24,000 bases of DNA from Bdellovibrio sp. (GCA_036677065.1 JAKFBS010000001.1:616137-640136), one strand, 5' to 3'. Shown: positions 1 through 8,822, numbered from the stretch's first letter. Translations and numbers: made by a program. The notes: a model not told the origin generated them from the sequence alone.

Positions 1-690
1 ACAGAGCACGCTAAAGGCGCTGAAGTAAAAGATTTAAAAGAATTCTGGCATGTCGGTCGCGAAGTTCCAGACGATCACCAGTTTTCTAAATACTATCCAA
101 AAAATATTTGGCCAGATGATAATCTTGCCGAATTTCGCCCGGTGTTCGAGAAATTGTTCGCGCAATTAGAAACTGCCGGCATCCAAATGATGGAAGCTTT
201 AACTTATCCGTTAGAAGTTGAAAAAACTTATTTTAAAAATATGGTTCAAGAAGGTAATTCGATTTTACGTTTACTTCATTACCCACCGATTCCTGAAGGC
301 ACTGATCCTCGTTGCATCCGCGCTGCGGCTCACGAAGATATTAACTTTATCACGATCTTACCTGCGGCTACGCAATCGGGCCTGCAATTAAAAGATCGCG
401 ATGGCACATGGTTAGACATCGAATCTGATTTTGGCACATTGATCGTTGATGCTGGTGACATGTTAGCGCGTATCACGAATGAAGTGATTCCATCGACTAC
501 TCACCGTGTGATTAACCCGCAAGATGGTACGAATAAATCTCGTTATTCAATGCCATTCTTCATGCATCCACACCCAGAAAGCTTATTAAGCTGTCTGCCT
601 TCATGTCGCGGTGCTGGGGCTAAATACCCGGATATCACGGGTCACGAGTTCTTAATGCAAAGACTTCGCGAAATCGGCTTAATCAAATAG
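1..690 (+). CDS. 2-oxoglutarate/Fe(II)-dependent oxygenase (isopenicillin-N-synthase-like family), 5' end outside window
   Basis: Frame 1 is open from base 1 (TEHAKGAEVKDLKEFWHVGREVP...), so the ORF-track Met at 142 is internal. Candidate HxD...H iron triad (AAHEDINF, TTHRV) and an Arg-x-Ser 2OG-binding motif (SRYSMPFF) occur in typical order. Stop at 688-690. Confidence 0.75.
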   Translation, partial: TEHAKGAEVKDLKEFWHVGREVPDDHQFSKYYPKNIWPDDNLAEFRPVFEKLFAQLETAGIQMMEALTYPLEVEKTYFKNMVQEGNSILRLLHYPPIPEGTDPRCIRAAAHEDINFITILPAATQSGLQLKDRDGTWLDIESDFGTLIVDAGDMLARITNEVIPSTTHRVINPQDGTNKSRYSMPFFMHPHPESLLSCLPSCRGAGAKYPDITGHEFLMQRLREIGLIK

Positions 691-719
691 TTTTAAATCG
701 TTACCCAAGCAAAAAAATA

Positions 720-752
720 ACGCAGGGTCTAGTAAGACCACTGCGTTTTTTG
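720..752 (+). terminator. Rho-independent terminator after the oxygenase gene
   Basis: Stem acgcag+ggtc / gacc(a)ctgcgt with loop tagtaa, followed directly by tttttgctttt. Confidence 0.7.
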
Positions 753-784
753 CTTTTGGCCTCTAGTAATGGTTTCATTAAGAC

Positions 785-1444
785 ATGAAAACATTTCTTT
801 TAATTTTATTGTCGTTAGTTTGCGTTGCCCAAAACTCTTTGGCCGCCGAGCCAGCATACTGTAATCCAGAAACTTTTTTTGAAAAAGAAATTGAAACACA
901 AGCTGGGATTTGGCGTCATCACACCTTTAGATTTGGCGATGTGATTTTATTAGGTGGAGCGATCGGCTACAGTAATCCATTAAAGATCACAGGCTTTGCC
1001 GAAGAAAATTCGACAGCAACATCAGCAGAAAAGTACTGCACTTGGTATTACAACGACGGCAATGATTTTGCCTCTACTTTGTTTAACCATCATTACGTGA
1101 CCAATCCGCAAAAAGTGACAGAAATTACTGGTCCGCAAGAGTATCGTGAAGTTTTAAAAGATCAGTTTGCAAAAGCTAACTTGAGTTTTTTATCATGTTT
1201 AGAAAATCATAAATACCTGGCGATGGGCTGTAATGGTCAAATGCACCGTGGGCCTACAGTCTTTGGAATGTTGTTAAGCTTTTCGGGCTGTAGTTCGAAA
1301 AATTCTTTAGCGATCGTAAATAAGTTGTGGGGTAAGAACGGCGTTAAACCAGAAGTTCGCCAGGCGATTATCGAAGAAGGTTATAAGCTAGGAAACGATG
1401 ATCCGCAGGCTCGTTTAAGAATGCAAAAGGTTCTGGGTTATTAG
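785..1444 (+). CDS. Exported protein, paralog 1 of a tandem pair, with CX5R P-loop-like motif (putative PTP/DSP-superfamily-like phosphatase; function unproven)
   Basis: 219 aa. N-terminal Sec signal (MKTFLLILLSLVCVAQNSLA/AEP). Motif MGCNGQMHRGPT equals Cys-X5-Arg followed by Gly-Pro-Thr. Five Cys residues are conserved with the paralog. Confidence 0.8.
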   Translation: MKTFLLILLSLVCVAQNSLAAEPAYCNPETFFEKEIETQAGIWRHHTFRFGDVILLGGAIGYSNPLKITGFAEENSTATSAEKYCTWYYNDGNDFASTLFNHHYVTNPQKVTEITGPQEYREVLKDQFAKANLSFLSCLENHKYLAMGCNGQMHRGPTVFGMLLSFSGCSSKNSLAIVNKLWGKNGVKPEVRQAIIEEGYKLGNDDPQARLRMQKVLGY

Positions 1445-1540
1445 TTCAAAGGCTAGTTTTCTAGCCTAAGGTCTGCTGAATTTACGCGACTTTCATACCG
1501 ATAGGATAGGGATTCAATAACCCTAACCATTGGATGTATA

Positions 1541-2200
1541 ATGAAAGCATTTCTATTAATTTTATTATCTGTAGTTACTTTAGCCCAGGTCGTTGCTGCT
1601 TCAGAGCCGGCTTATTGCGAACCTGAAAACTTTTTTAAGAAAGAATTTGATCCACACGAAAATATTTGGCGCGATCATGCGTTTAAGTTCGGTGATGTTG
1701 TTTTATTAGGTGGAGCGATCGGCTACAGTAACTCGCGCAAAGTGGCTGAATTTGCAGAAGAAAATTCAACAGCTTCGGCAGCCGAAAAATACTGTACTTG
1801 GTACTACAACGAAGGCAACGACAATGCGGCGGGGTTATTTAACCATCATTTCGTTTCGAATCCTAAAAAAGTCACGACGGTCACAGGCCCTAAAGAGTAT
1901 CGCGCAGTTTTAAAAGATCAGTTTGCAAAATCAAAGAACAGTTTTTTATCGTGTTTAGAAAAGCATAAAATTTTAGTGATGGGCTGTAATGGCCAAATGC
2001 ACCGCGGACCAACCGTGTTCGGAATGTTATTGGGCTTTTCGGGTTGTAGCTCGAAAAATGCATTAACGATCGTAAATAAGCTTTGGGGTAAAAATGGTGT
2101 TAAACCAGAAGTGCGCCAGGCAATTATCGAAGAAGGTTACAAGTTAGGAAGCGAAGACCCAGAGGCCCGCCTAAGAATGCAAAAAGCCTTAGGTTACTAA
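1541..2200 (+). CDS. Exported protein, paralog 2 of the tandem pair, with CX5R P-loop-like motif
   Basis: 219 aa and collinear with 785-1444 without gaps. By my hand count 167 of 219 positions are identical. The C-terminal third, including MGCNGQMHRGPTVFGMLL and IVNKLWGKNGVKPEVRQAIIEEGYKLG, is almost invariant. Confidence 0.8.
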   Translation: MKAFLLILLSVVTLAQVVAASEPAYCEPENFFKKEFDPHENIWRDHAFKFGDVVLLGGAIGYSNSRKVAEFAEENSTASAAEKYCTWYYNEGNDNAAGLFNHHFVSNPKKVTTVTGPKEYRAVLKDQFAKSKNSFLSCLEKHKILVMGCNGQMHRGPTVFGMLLGFSGCSSKNALTIVNKLWGKNGVKPEVRQAIIEEGYKLGSEDPEARLRMQKALGY

Positions 2201-2253
2201 GAGCAGGTAGTCTAAGGTTGTCGGTAAAGTAAAAAAAGAGTAATCTTACTTAC

Positions 2254-3030
2254 ATGAGAAAAGATTTGTTATTAGGAATTGGAGCCACGTTATTTGCGAT
2301 GGCTCTTTTTTATTTCGCGGATAATCCAACTGCAAAATTAAATATCGGAAAAAATAAAATTGATTCTGATGGCGACTACGGCGTGCCAGCCAATAAAAAA
2401 ATATTAAATGACGAAGTGGCTGAAGCTCAGGCAGCTATATCTGCACGCTCGGCGGTTTCAGCACCTTCAGAAGCTCTGAAGGCGGGAACGGCTCGTGATA
2501 CCATTTCAAAAAATTTCGTAGAGCACTTAAAAACCATCGGCACCTGTTTGAAAATCAATCCTGCGATTGATAACCCAACAATCGAACCTACGTATGATAA
2601 CTTGTTAATTAGCCTTCGTCCGGCCATTGGTGAGCTTGTGGTGCAAATGGATGACTGGACGCAGATGGATCTGCAAAGTCCCGATGGCAGCCGTAAGCGC
2701 ATCCGTACAGAGGTAAATTACGAAAACCCGAATGCTCCGGTTAAGTACGTGCAGCTTTATCATATCAACGATCAGGGTTTTCCTGAAATGCAGCAAGTTG
2801 ACGCTGAAAAAGCGCGTAATCCATCAGATGATTATATTAATTATTTACGTGGTGGTGCTGATTTAATGTTAAATGAACGCGGAAGCCGCGTGTATTTTCA
2901 AGAGGGCGAAGAGATCGTTCTTGTTGAAAGATCTGGTGTGATTGAATCTTTTTCATTAAGCAAAAACGGAAAAACAGTCAGTTGCACTGGCTTAGATGCC
3001 ATCAATTCGAACTGTCAGTGTGTTCAATAG
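2254..3030 (+). CDS. Hypothetical membrane-anchored or exported protein
   Basis: 258-aa ORF. N-terminal hydrophobic helix (LLLGIGATLFAMALFYFA). Cys-rich C-terminal end (CTGLDAINSNCQCVQ). I recognised no family. Confidence 0.6.
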   Translation: MRKDLLLGIGATLFAMALFYFADNPTAKLNIGKNKIDSDGDYGVPANKKILNDEVAEAQAAISARSAVSAPSEALKAGTARDTISKNFVEHLKTIGTCLKINPAIDNPTIEPTYDNLLISLRPAIGELVVQMDDWTQMDLQSPDGSRKRIRTEVNYENPNAPVKYVQLYHINDQGFPEMQQVDAEKARNPSDDYINYLRGGADLMLNERGSRVYFQEGEEIVLVERSGVIESFSLSKNGKTVSCTGLDAINSNCQCVQ

Positions 3031-3075
3031 CGTGTCTTCGACACGACAATAACGTGATCGCTTTAAGCGATCACG
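3031..3075. terminator. Two adjacent stem-loops between convergent transcription units
   Basis: cgtgtc-ttc-gacacg (3031-3045) and the perfect 9-bp stem cgtgatcgc-tttaa-gcgatcacg (3053-3075). No strong U-tract on either strand, so terminator function is uncertain. Confidence 0.4.
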
Positions 3076-3134
3076 ATGTGAGTTACGATAAGAGCAGCAA
3101 GTACAACCATTAATGACATATTTAAGTTATTCAT
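3063..3134 (-). CDS. Candidate small hydrophobic peptide (23 aa, MNNLNMSLMVVLAALIVTHIVIA)
   Basis: Strong Shine-Dalgarno-like aaagggga lies 9 nt upstream of the ATG at 3134. The C-terminal 17 residues form one hydrophobic helix. The stop codon lies in the loop of the 9-bp hairpin. An alternative ATG at 3119 would give 18 aa. The longer 62-aa track ORF has no comparable support. Confidence 0.3.
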   Translation of the reverse strand: MNNLNMSLMVVLAALIVTHIVIA

Positions 3135-3355
3135 AGGATTATTCCCCTTTCTTGGATCTATACATAGAACTATTTTTACTACATTTCCACTGTCATAATC
3201 CTGACAGGCATTAACTTCATGAAGTGACAAATATCGAAAATTAGATGTCATCTGATTAGACGATTGGGTTTCTATGCCCGTTAAAATTAAGCTTATTGTG
3301 GCCAGTAAAGTGCTTTAAAACCTTCGGAACCCTAAAAGGGCTGAAGGACGTATTT

Positions 3356-4909
3356 GTGAAAAAGCTTGGAATCTATCTGTTTTTAGCGATTTTATTGCAG
3401 AGTTTTACTGCCTCAGCAGATCTTTGGACTGTGACCCAACAGTGGTCGCCAGAGCTTGAAACCCAGTATCAAGAGTGGGTAAAAACCAATGCTAAAGTCG
3501 ACATGTTTTCGCGTGAATTTTTAGATGCAAAAAAAACTGTTTTAAATCCTTATTACGGCATGACTACTGACTGTGCTGATACGGTTTACGCTTTACGTGT
3601 TATTTTCTCTTTCGAAAATGGTCTTCCATGGGCTATTAGAAATCCCGCAAGCCCTAAAAAGGTGATTGCGCAAACGATGAAGCGTTTTGATAGTTATCCA
3701 GAAGGCGTTCCGCGCTTGCGAGCTTTTTTCAATATGCTATTTGATATCGTAAGTACAACTAGCTTACAGCACGACACTTATCCTGTTTCGATTAATAAAA
3801 TTCATCCAGGCGTGATTATTTTAACTGCGAAAATCAACCATCACTCGTGGACGATTGCAGGTATCGACGCTAAAGGAAATCCTCGTTTAGTGTATAACTC
3901 GGTTGTTGGTAAAGCTTCAGGTTCTAAATTACAACAGCGTTCAAGCTGGCCAAATCCGTTCTGGGTATTTCAGCCAGATGAAAAGCTAACAGATCCAAAT
4001 GATCCATTGTCTGCAAAATTTAAAGTTCCGGTTTATGTACTTGATAGCTATGCAGGATTTCGTTACTGGATTCCGATTGATAAATTAACAACTGATATAC
4101 GCTTGCTTCCTGAATACAGCAACGATCAGTATGAGCTGGATTTAAAATCGTGGAAACAAACTATTCAATCTAAATTAGCGACTAAAAAAGAATCTCTGCA
4201 AGAAGTGGTCGAGCGCCTGTTAAAAGATGCTTGTGATGATGTTAAGCAACGTATTACAGCAGTTGATGAAGCGGATCACTACAGAAAATTATTAAAACAA
4301 GCTCAAGAAAAAGAAGCAGCTTTGATTATGGCAAAAGCCAGCATGTTGCCGATCGAAGAAAAAGATCAAGACTTGTTAGATATTTTAAAAGAATACAATG
4401 CTGATAAAAATGCTCTGGCTAATCCGCAGTGTTTAACGGCGAAACAATACGACCAACTTTCAACACCAAGCCGTGATAAACGTTTATTTGATGCCGTGAT
4501 GTTAGCGCGCGCTTACTTTGTGCACGCGATGGAAGTCGGCGGAACTAAAGCATTCAGTGCGATTCGTTTAAAGCAGTTTAAAAGAATTTTTGCTCGTCCG
4601 GATAAACCTGCACGCGTTGAATCTGATTTAGCAACGGCTCCGATTACAGCCGGCGAGCTTTCAATTTGTCGTGTGAAAATCGGTAAAGAAACTTTAGATA
4701 TGGCTGAAATTAAACGCCGCTTATTTAAAAGCTACCTGTCTTCGAATCCGAATGAAGATCTACTTGGTCGCTGGGGCGCCCGCGCAGCTAAGCCATCTGA
4801 ACTAGCGGCAAGCTGTTCGACTTACGGCGAAGTTTATAGCGCGTATGATTTAGATCAAGCCGAAGTTGAAGCACAGAATGAAATTCAAACTTTTAAAGGT
4901 ATGAACTAA
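3356..4909 (+). CDS. Exported hypothetical protein with possible Cys/His peptidase-like core and a helical C-terminal half
   Basis: The track ORF begins at TTG 3296. GTG 3356 is preceded by aagga (3344-3348) and yields a canonical signal peptide, (M)KKLGIYLFLAILLQSFTASA/DLW. TDCADTVYALRV and INHHSWTIAG resemble the Cys and His motifs of NlpC/P60 or DUF1175-type papain-fold proteins; this match is weak. Confidence 0.65.
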   Translation: MKKLGIYLFLAILLQSFTASADLWTVTQQWSPELETQYQEWVKTNAKVDMFSREFLDAKKTVLNPYYGMTTDCADTVYALRVIFSFENGLPWAIRNPASPKKVIAQTMKRFDSYPEGVPRLRAFFNMLFDIVSTTSLQHDTYPVSINKIHPGVIILTAKINHHSWTIAGIDAKGNPRLVYNSVVGKASGSKLQQRSSWPNPFWVFQPDEKLTDPNDPLSAKFKVPVYVLDSYAGFRYWIPIDKLTTDIRLLPEYSNDQYELDLKSWKQTIQSKLATKKESLQEVVERLLKDACDDVKQRITAVDEADHYRKLLKQAQEKEAALIMAKASMLPIEEKDQDLLDILKEYNADKNALANPQCLTAKQYDQLSTPSRDKRLFDAVMLARAYFVHAMEVGGTKAFSAIRLKQFKRIFARPDKPARVESDLATAPITAGELSICRVKIGKETLDMAEIKRRLFKSYLSSNPNEDLLGRWGARAAKPSELAASCSTYGEVYSAYDLDQAEVEAQNEIQTFKGMN

Positions 4910-4969
4910 AGTCCAGATTACACAGTAGTCCTCTGGGGAAAAGCTCATGACTTCGATAAACTAGAGGTC

Positions 4970-6073
4970 ATGAAGTATTTATTATTTTACACGATGGTTT
5001 TGCTTTCGACTGCGGTCAAAGCTGAGATTGTCGAATTCAAATTACAAACTGAAAATCAAGCCTGCAAAGGGCTTTCACAAGTTGTTATTACTCAGGATAA
5101 AGTGGTGTTGTATCAACTTGAAGTTCCGATGTATGGAACGGGCCAAATTCACTTACTAACTGGCAACTACCAAATCGATGTGATCAATAAAGAAGGTTGC
5201 ACTTATCAGAACCTTATTCAAATTTCTGATCTGCCAAATAAATTGATCGAAGTAAAATTAGAAATGCAACCGCGCAAGCCCGCAATGACTTTAGAAGCTT
5301 CTGGCGGCATGACTCAGGGTTTTAATCCGATGAGCTATAATTTATGGCCGTCACCCTGGTGGGGTGGCTGGGGTTATAACCAATTTAACACGCAATTTTA
5401 TTCTCCCTGTGGTTGGAGCATGTATGGCTGCAGTGGTAATTCTTATCCGCACAACGGCAATATCGCTATGGGAAAACCGAATATTTATTTCGCCGGCAAA
5501 GATGAAGGAAAATTTAAATTAAAATTTACAGACGATAATTTTAATTTTTTAGCAACAGTTCCAAGTTTTAAAGGCAAAGAAATTGGCGGCGAACTTCGTA
5601 AAGGCAGTATTTATAACGAGAACACGTGGTATCCGTATTTATTTTACGATGCCCGTATCAACGATGACCACTTACAAAACAACCAAGGCTTTTGCGGAAC
5701 CCGTAAAGAGATCTTTCAATTTATGATGGAAGGTTTAAAAAAATACGAATTTCCAAATGAAGCCAGAACCGATTTTGCAGAATACTGGTCAGTTAAAATC
5801 CCTGAAGCCTTACGCTACTGCGTTTTTCCCCAAGCTAGTGCACAGTTAGATAAAGCAGCGCCGCTAGAAATTACTTTTGATGATAAATCACAAGTGCAAA
5901 CTGAAAGACTATTCTATTTAGTGATTCCGCAAGACTACAAAGGTAAACGTATTCCTGCTAAGTCGAATAAGTTTTCAGATAAACCAAAAAATACATGGAA
6001 GCACTATTCACGCACCGTGATTCCAAAAATGGCTTACATCTATGAATGGGGCGTGGGATTTATTTTCGAATAA
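4970..6073 (+). CDS. Exported hypothetical protein
   Basis: 367 aa. Signal peptide MKYLLFYTMVLLSTAVKA/EIV. Trp/Gly/aromatic-rich segment (WPSPWWGGWGYNQFNTQFYSPCGWSMYGC). No family recognised. Confidence 0.65.
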   Translation: MKYLLFYTMVLLSTAVKAEIVEFKLQTENQACKGLSQVVITQDKVVLYQLEVPMYGTGQIHLLTGNYQIDVINKEGCTYQNLIQISDLPNKLIEVKLEMQPRKPAMTLEASGGMTQGFNPMSYNLWPSPWWGGWGYNQFNTQFYSPCGWSMYGCSGNSYPHNGNIAMGKPNIYFAGKDEGKFKLKFTDDNFNFLATVPSFKGKEIGGELRKGSIYNENTWYPYLFYDARINDDHLQNNQGFCGTRKEIFQFMMEGLKKYEFPNEARTDFAEYWSVKIPEALRYCVFPQASAQLDKAAPLEITFDDKSQVQTERLFYLVIPQDYKGKRIPAKSNKFSDKPKNTWKHYSRTVIPKMAYIYEWGVGFIFE

Positions 6074-6099
6074 AAAAAGGGGCTTTTAAGGCCCCTTTT
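6074..6099. terminator. Bidirectional intrinsic terminator between convergent genes
   Basis: aaaaa-ggggc-ttttaag-gcccc-tttt. A GC stem is flanked by an A-run and a T-run. It lies between the stop at 6073 (+) and the valS stop at 6104 (-). Confidence 0.8.
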
Positions 6100-6103
6100 C
6101 ATT

Positions 6104-8803
6104 TTACTGAAAGCGAGTTAACGCTTCCTTAAGTGAAACGACTTGAACTTTTGATTGCGCCAACAATAATCTATCAGCCGCAATTACATCTTCATCAGCG
6201 TTTGCTACGAATTTTTCGTTAGATAATTTATTCGTAAGCAAGTTGATGTCTTTATCAAGTTTTTCGATTGTTTTTTGAATACGTTTTAGCTCTTCATCAA
6301 AATCGACCAAACCTTCTAAAGGAATAATCACTTTAACTTGTGTGTCTTTTACTGATACCGAAGTTACGGCACATTTCATTAAATCGCCATCTGCACCGAT
6401 ATCTAAAGTTTCTAAACGACCGATGGTCATTAACGCTGTACGGTTATCGCTTAACGTTTTTTGAACAGCATCATCAGTTACGCCTAGACGAACTTTAAGT
6501 TTAATAGCCGGGCTAATACGATTTTCACCGCGAATATTACGCATAGCTGTGATCACTTCTTTAACGATATCAATTTCATGCTCTGCTTTTTTACTGCCGA
6601 ATGCTAAGAATTCGCGATCATTTGCCGTGGTTGGGTAGTTATCGATAATACAAGCTTCAGCTTTTAGCGGAAGTTTGGCATAGATTTCTTCAGTGATAAA
6701 CGGGCAGAACGGGTGAAGTAATCTAACGATGCGATTTAAAACATGCGCCATCACTAATTGCGTCGCTTGTTTTTGTTCTGCATTTTGTCCAGATACGATG
6801 GGTTTAGAAAATTCAATGTACCAATCGCAGAACTGATTCCAGATAAATTGGTAAAGTTCTAATGCCGCTTCAGAGAACTTTTCGCCCTCTAAGGCTTCTT
6901 GCACTTTTTTCTCGGTATCGCCTAGTTTTGAAATAATCCATTGGTCAAATACGCTGATGTTCGCTTTAGCCGGCATAGCTTTAAGGCCTTCAGCTGGAAT
7001 CGGCATATCAGAAATATTTGATAAGACGAAGCGAGACGCATTCCAAACTTTATTCATAAAGTTACGGTAGCCCTCTAAACGTTGTTCAGAGAATTTAAAA
7101 TCTTTACCGCTAAACAGATGCGCTAAGAAACTAAAACGTAAAGCATCAGCTCCGTATTTATCGATCATCTCGATTGGATCGATTGAGTTACCTAAAGATT
7201 TAGACATCTTGCGGCCTTGGGCATCGCGAACAAGCCCGTGAACATAAACTGTTCTGAACGGAACATCTTTTTTAAACTCAACACCCATGACGATCATTCT
7301 GGCAACCCAGAAGAAAATAATATCGTGACCAGTAACTAAGTAATTTGTCGGGTAGAAAGTTTTTTGTGTTTCAACAGAGTGTTGATCTTCATTAGGCCAA
7401 CCCATTGTTGAAAAAGGCCAAAGAGCAGATGAAAACCAAGTGTCTAATACATCTTCTTCTTGAGAAATCTTAGTGCTGTTGCAGTGATCACAGTGTGCAG
7501 GCGTGGTTTCTGCTACCGTGTGTTTTTCGCAATCATGGCAGTGCCATGCGGGAATACGATGCCCCCACCATAATTGGCGCGAGATACACCAGTCTTCAAT
7601 GATATTCATCCAGTGAAGATAAACTTTTGTCCACGATTCTGGTTCAAAACGGATTGTGCCAGATTCAACCACACGTTTTGCAGGAACAGCTAGCTCTTCC
7701 ATTTTAAGAAACCATTGCTCAGACATAAATGGTTCAACGATAGCGTCTGTACGCGAACAGTGACCCACTGAATGCATGTGTGGTTCTTCTTTAACTAATA
7801 GGCCTTGTGCTTTTAAGTCTTCACAAACTTTTTTGCGAGCTTCTATAACTTTTAAACCTTGGTAAGGACCAGCGTTTTCGTTCAATAGAGTTTTTTTAGT
7901 AAGAATATTAATAAATTCTAATTTGTGAGTTTTACCGATTTTGTAATCGTTAAAATCATGGGCCGGAGTAATTTTCACAACACCTGAACCAAAAGCGAGA
8001 TCTACATAAGTGTCAGCGATGATTTTAATTTTACGATTGATCAACGGAACGGTTACAGTTTTTCCGATTAAATGTTGGTAACGAGTATCGTCCGGGTGAA
8101 CACATAATGCCGTATCACCTAACATCGTTTCAGGACGAGTCGTAGCTACAGTTAACATTTCATCAGTGCCATCAACAGGGTAGTTAATGTGGTAAAGAGT
8201 TCCTTTAACTTGTTTGTGTTCAACTTCAAGATCAGAAATTGCAGACTCTAACGGGCCTGACCAATTGACTAAACGTTGGCCTTTATAAATTAAATTCTTT
8301 TTGTATAAAGAAACAAAAGTTTTACGAACAGCTTTTGAAACGCCGTCATCTAAAGTAAATGTGGCGCGTTCCCAATCACATGAATCACCTAAACGACGCA
8401 TTTGATTGTAAATACGATCGCCGTATTCGTGTTTCCATTCCCAAACTTTTTCTACGAATTTTTCGCGGCCTAAATCATGACGGGTAACGCCGCCATTTTT
8501 CTTTAACTCTTTTTCAACTACTGTTTGTGTCGCAATCCCTGCGTGATCTGTTCCTGGTAACCACATGGCATTAAAGCCAGACATACGCTTCCAGCGGATT
8601 AATAAATCTTGAATCGTGTGATCAAGTGCGTGGCCTAAATGTAAAAAGCCAGTGACATTTGGAGGAGGTAAAATAATAGAAAACGGAGGTTTTGTTGATT
8701 GATCTTGGGCTTTGAAATAGCCTTTGTCTTCCCACTGTTTGTAAACAGTAGCTTCAACGTCTTGTGGATTATAACGATCGGCGAGCGTAGTAGGATTTGT
8801 CAT
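6104..8803 (-). CDS. valS: Valine--tRNA ligase
   Basis: 899 aa. Class I HIGH-type motif (PPNVTGFLHLGHAL) and a verbatim KMSKS motif (GRKMSKSLGN). Cys cluster (CHDCEKH...CDHC). C-terminal coiled coil. Length and overall sequence are typical of ValRS. Confidence 0.97.
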   Translation of the reverse strand: MTNPTTLADRYNPQDVEATVYKQWEDKGYFKAQDQSTKPPFSIILPPPNVTGFLHLGHALDHTIQDLLIRWKRMSGFNAMWLPGTDHAGIATQTVVEKELKKNGGVTRHDLGREKFVEKVWEWKHEYGDRIYNQMRRLGDSCDWERATFTLDDGVSKAVRKTFVSLYKKNLIYKGQRLVNWSGPLESAISDLEVEHKQVKGTLYHINYPVDGTDEMLTVATTRPETMLGDTALCVHPDDTRYQHLIGKTVTVPLINRKIKIIADTYVDLAFGSGVVKITPAHDFNDYKIGKTHKLEFINILTKKTLLNENAGPYQGLKVIEARKKVCEDLKAQGLLVKEEPHMHSVGHCSRTDAIVEPFMSEQWFLKMEELAVPAKRVVESGTIRFEPESWTKVYLHWMNIIEDWCISRQLWWGHRIPAWHCHDCEKHTVAETTPAHCDHCNSTKISQEEDVLDTWFSSALWPFSTMGWPNEDQHSVETQKTFYPTNYLVTGHDIIFFWVARMIVMGVEFKKDVPFRTVYVHGLVRDAQGRKMSKSLGNSIDPIEMIDKYGADALRFSFLAHLFSGKDFKFSEQRLEGYRNFMNKVWNASRFVLSNISDMPIPAEGLKAMPAKANISVFDQWIISKLGDTEKKVQEALEGEKFSEAALELYQFIWNQFCDWYIEFSKPIVSGQNAEQKQATQLVMAHVLNRIVRLLHPFCPFITEEIYAKLPLKAEACIIDNYPTTANDREFLAFGSKKAEHEIDIVKEVITAMRNIRGENRISPAIKLKVRLGVTDDAVQKTLSDNRTALMTIGRLETLDIGADGDLMKCAVTSVSVKDTQVKVIIPLEGLVDFDEELKRIQKTIEKLDKDINLLTNKLSNEKFVANADEDVIAADRLLLAQSKVQVVSLKEALTRFQ

Positions 8804-8822
8804 AGCTATCTAAGATAGCAAT

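Larger units (their letters stand above)
785..2200 (+). repeat. Tandem gene duplication, period 756 bp
   Basis: Start-to-start offset is 756 nt. Identical nucleotide runs sit at that offset, for example ttattaggtggagcgatcggctacagtaa at 947-975 and 1703-1731. Confidence 0.85.

Noticed and set aside
1710-1913. 67-aa ORF in an alternative frame of paralog 2.
   Set aside because: It lies entirely inside a gene whose frame is validated by its 219-aa collinear paralog. There is no equivalent ORF in paralog 1.
2427-2796. Two antisense ORFs (91 aa and 63 aa) within 2254-3030.
   Set aside because: They have no RBS or recognisable features. The sense ORF is longer and has a signal anchor, although it is itself only a hypothetical protein.
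3214-3225. Perfect 12-bp palindrome ACTTCATGAAGT, a possible operator, upstream of both 3356 (+) and the small peptide ORF (-).
   Set aside because: It is a single occurrence with no repeat elsewhere in the window and no adjacent regulator gene. That is insufficient to call a binding site.
4946-4973. 7-bp inverted repeat tcatgac...gtcatga spanning the RBS and start codon of 4970-6073.
   Set aside because: The stem is short with a 14-nt loop in AT-rich sequence. Such repeats are expected by chance, and there is no supporting evidence for translational control.
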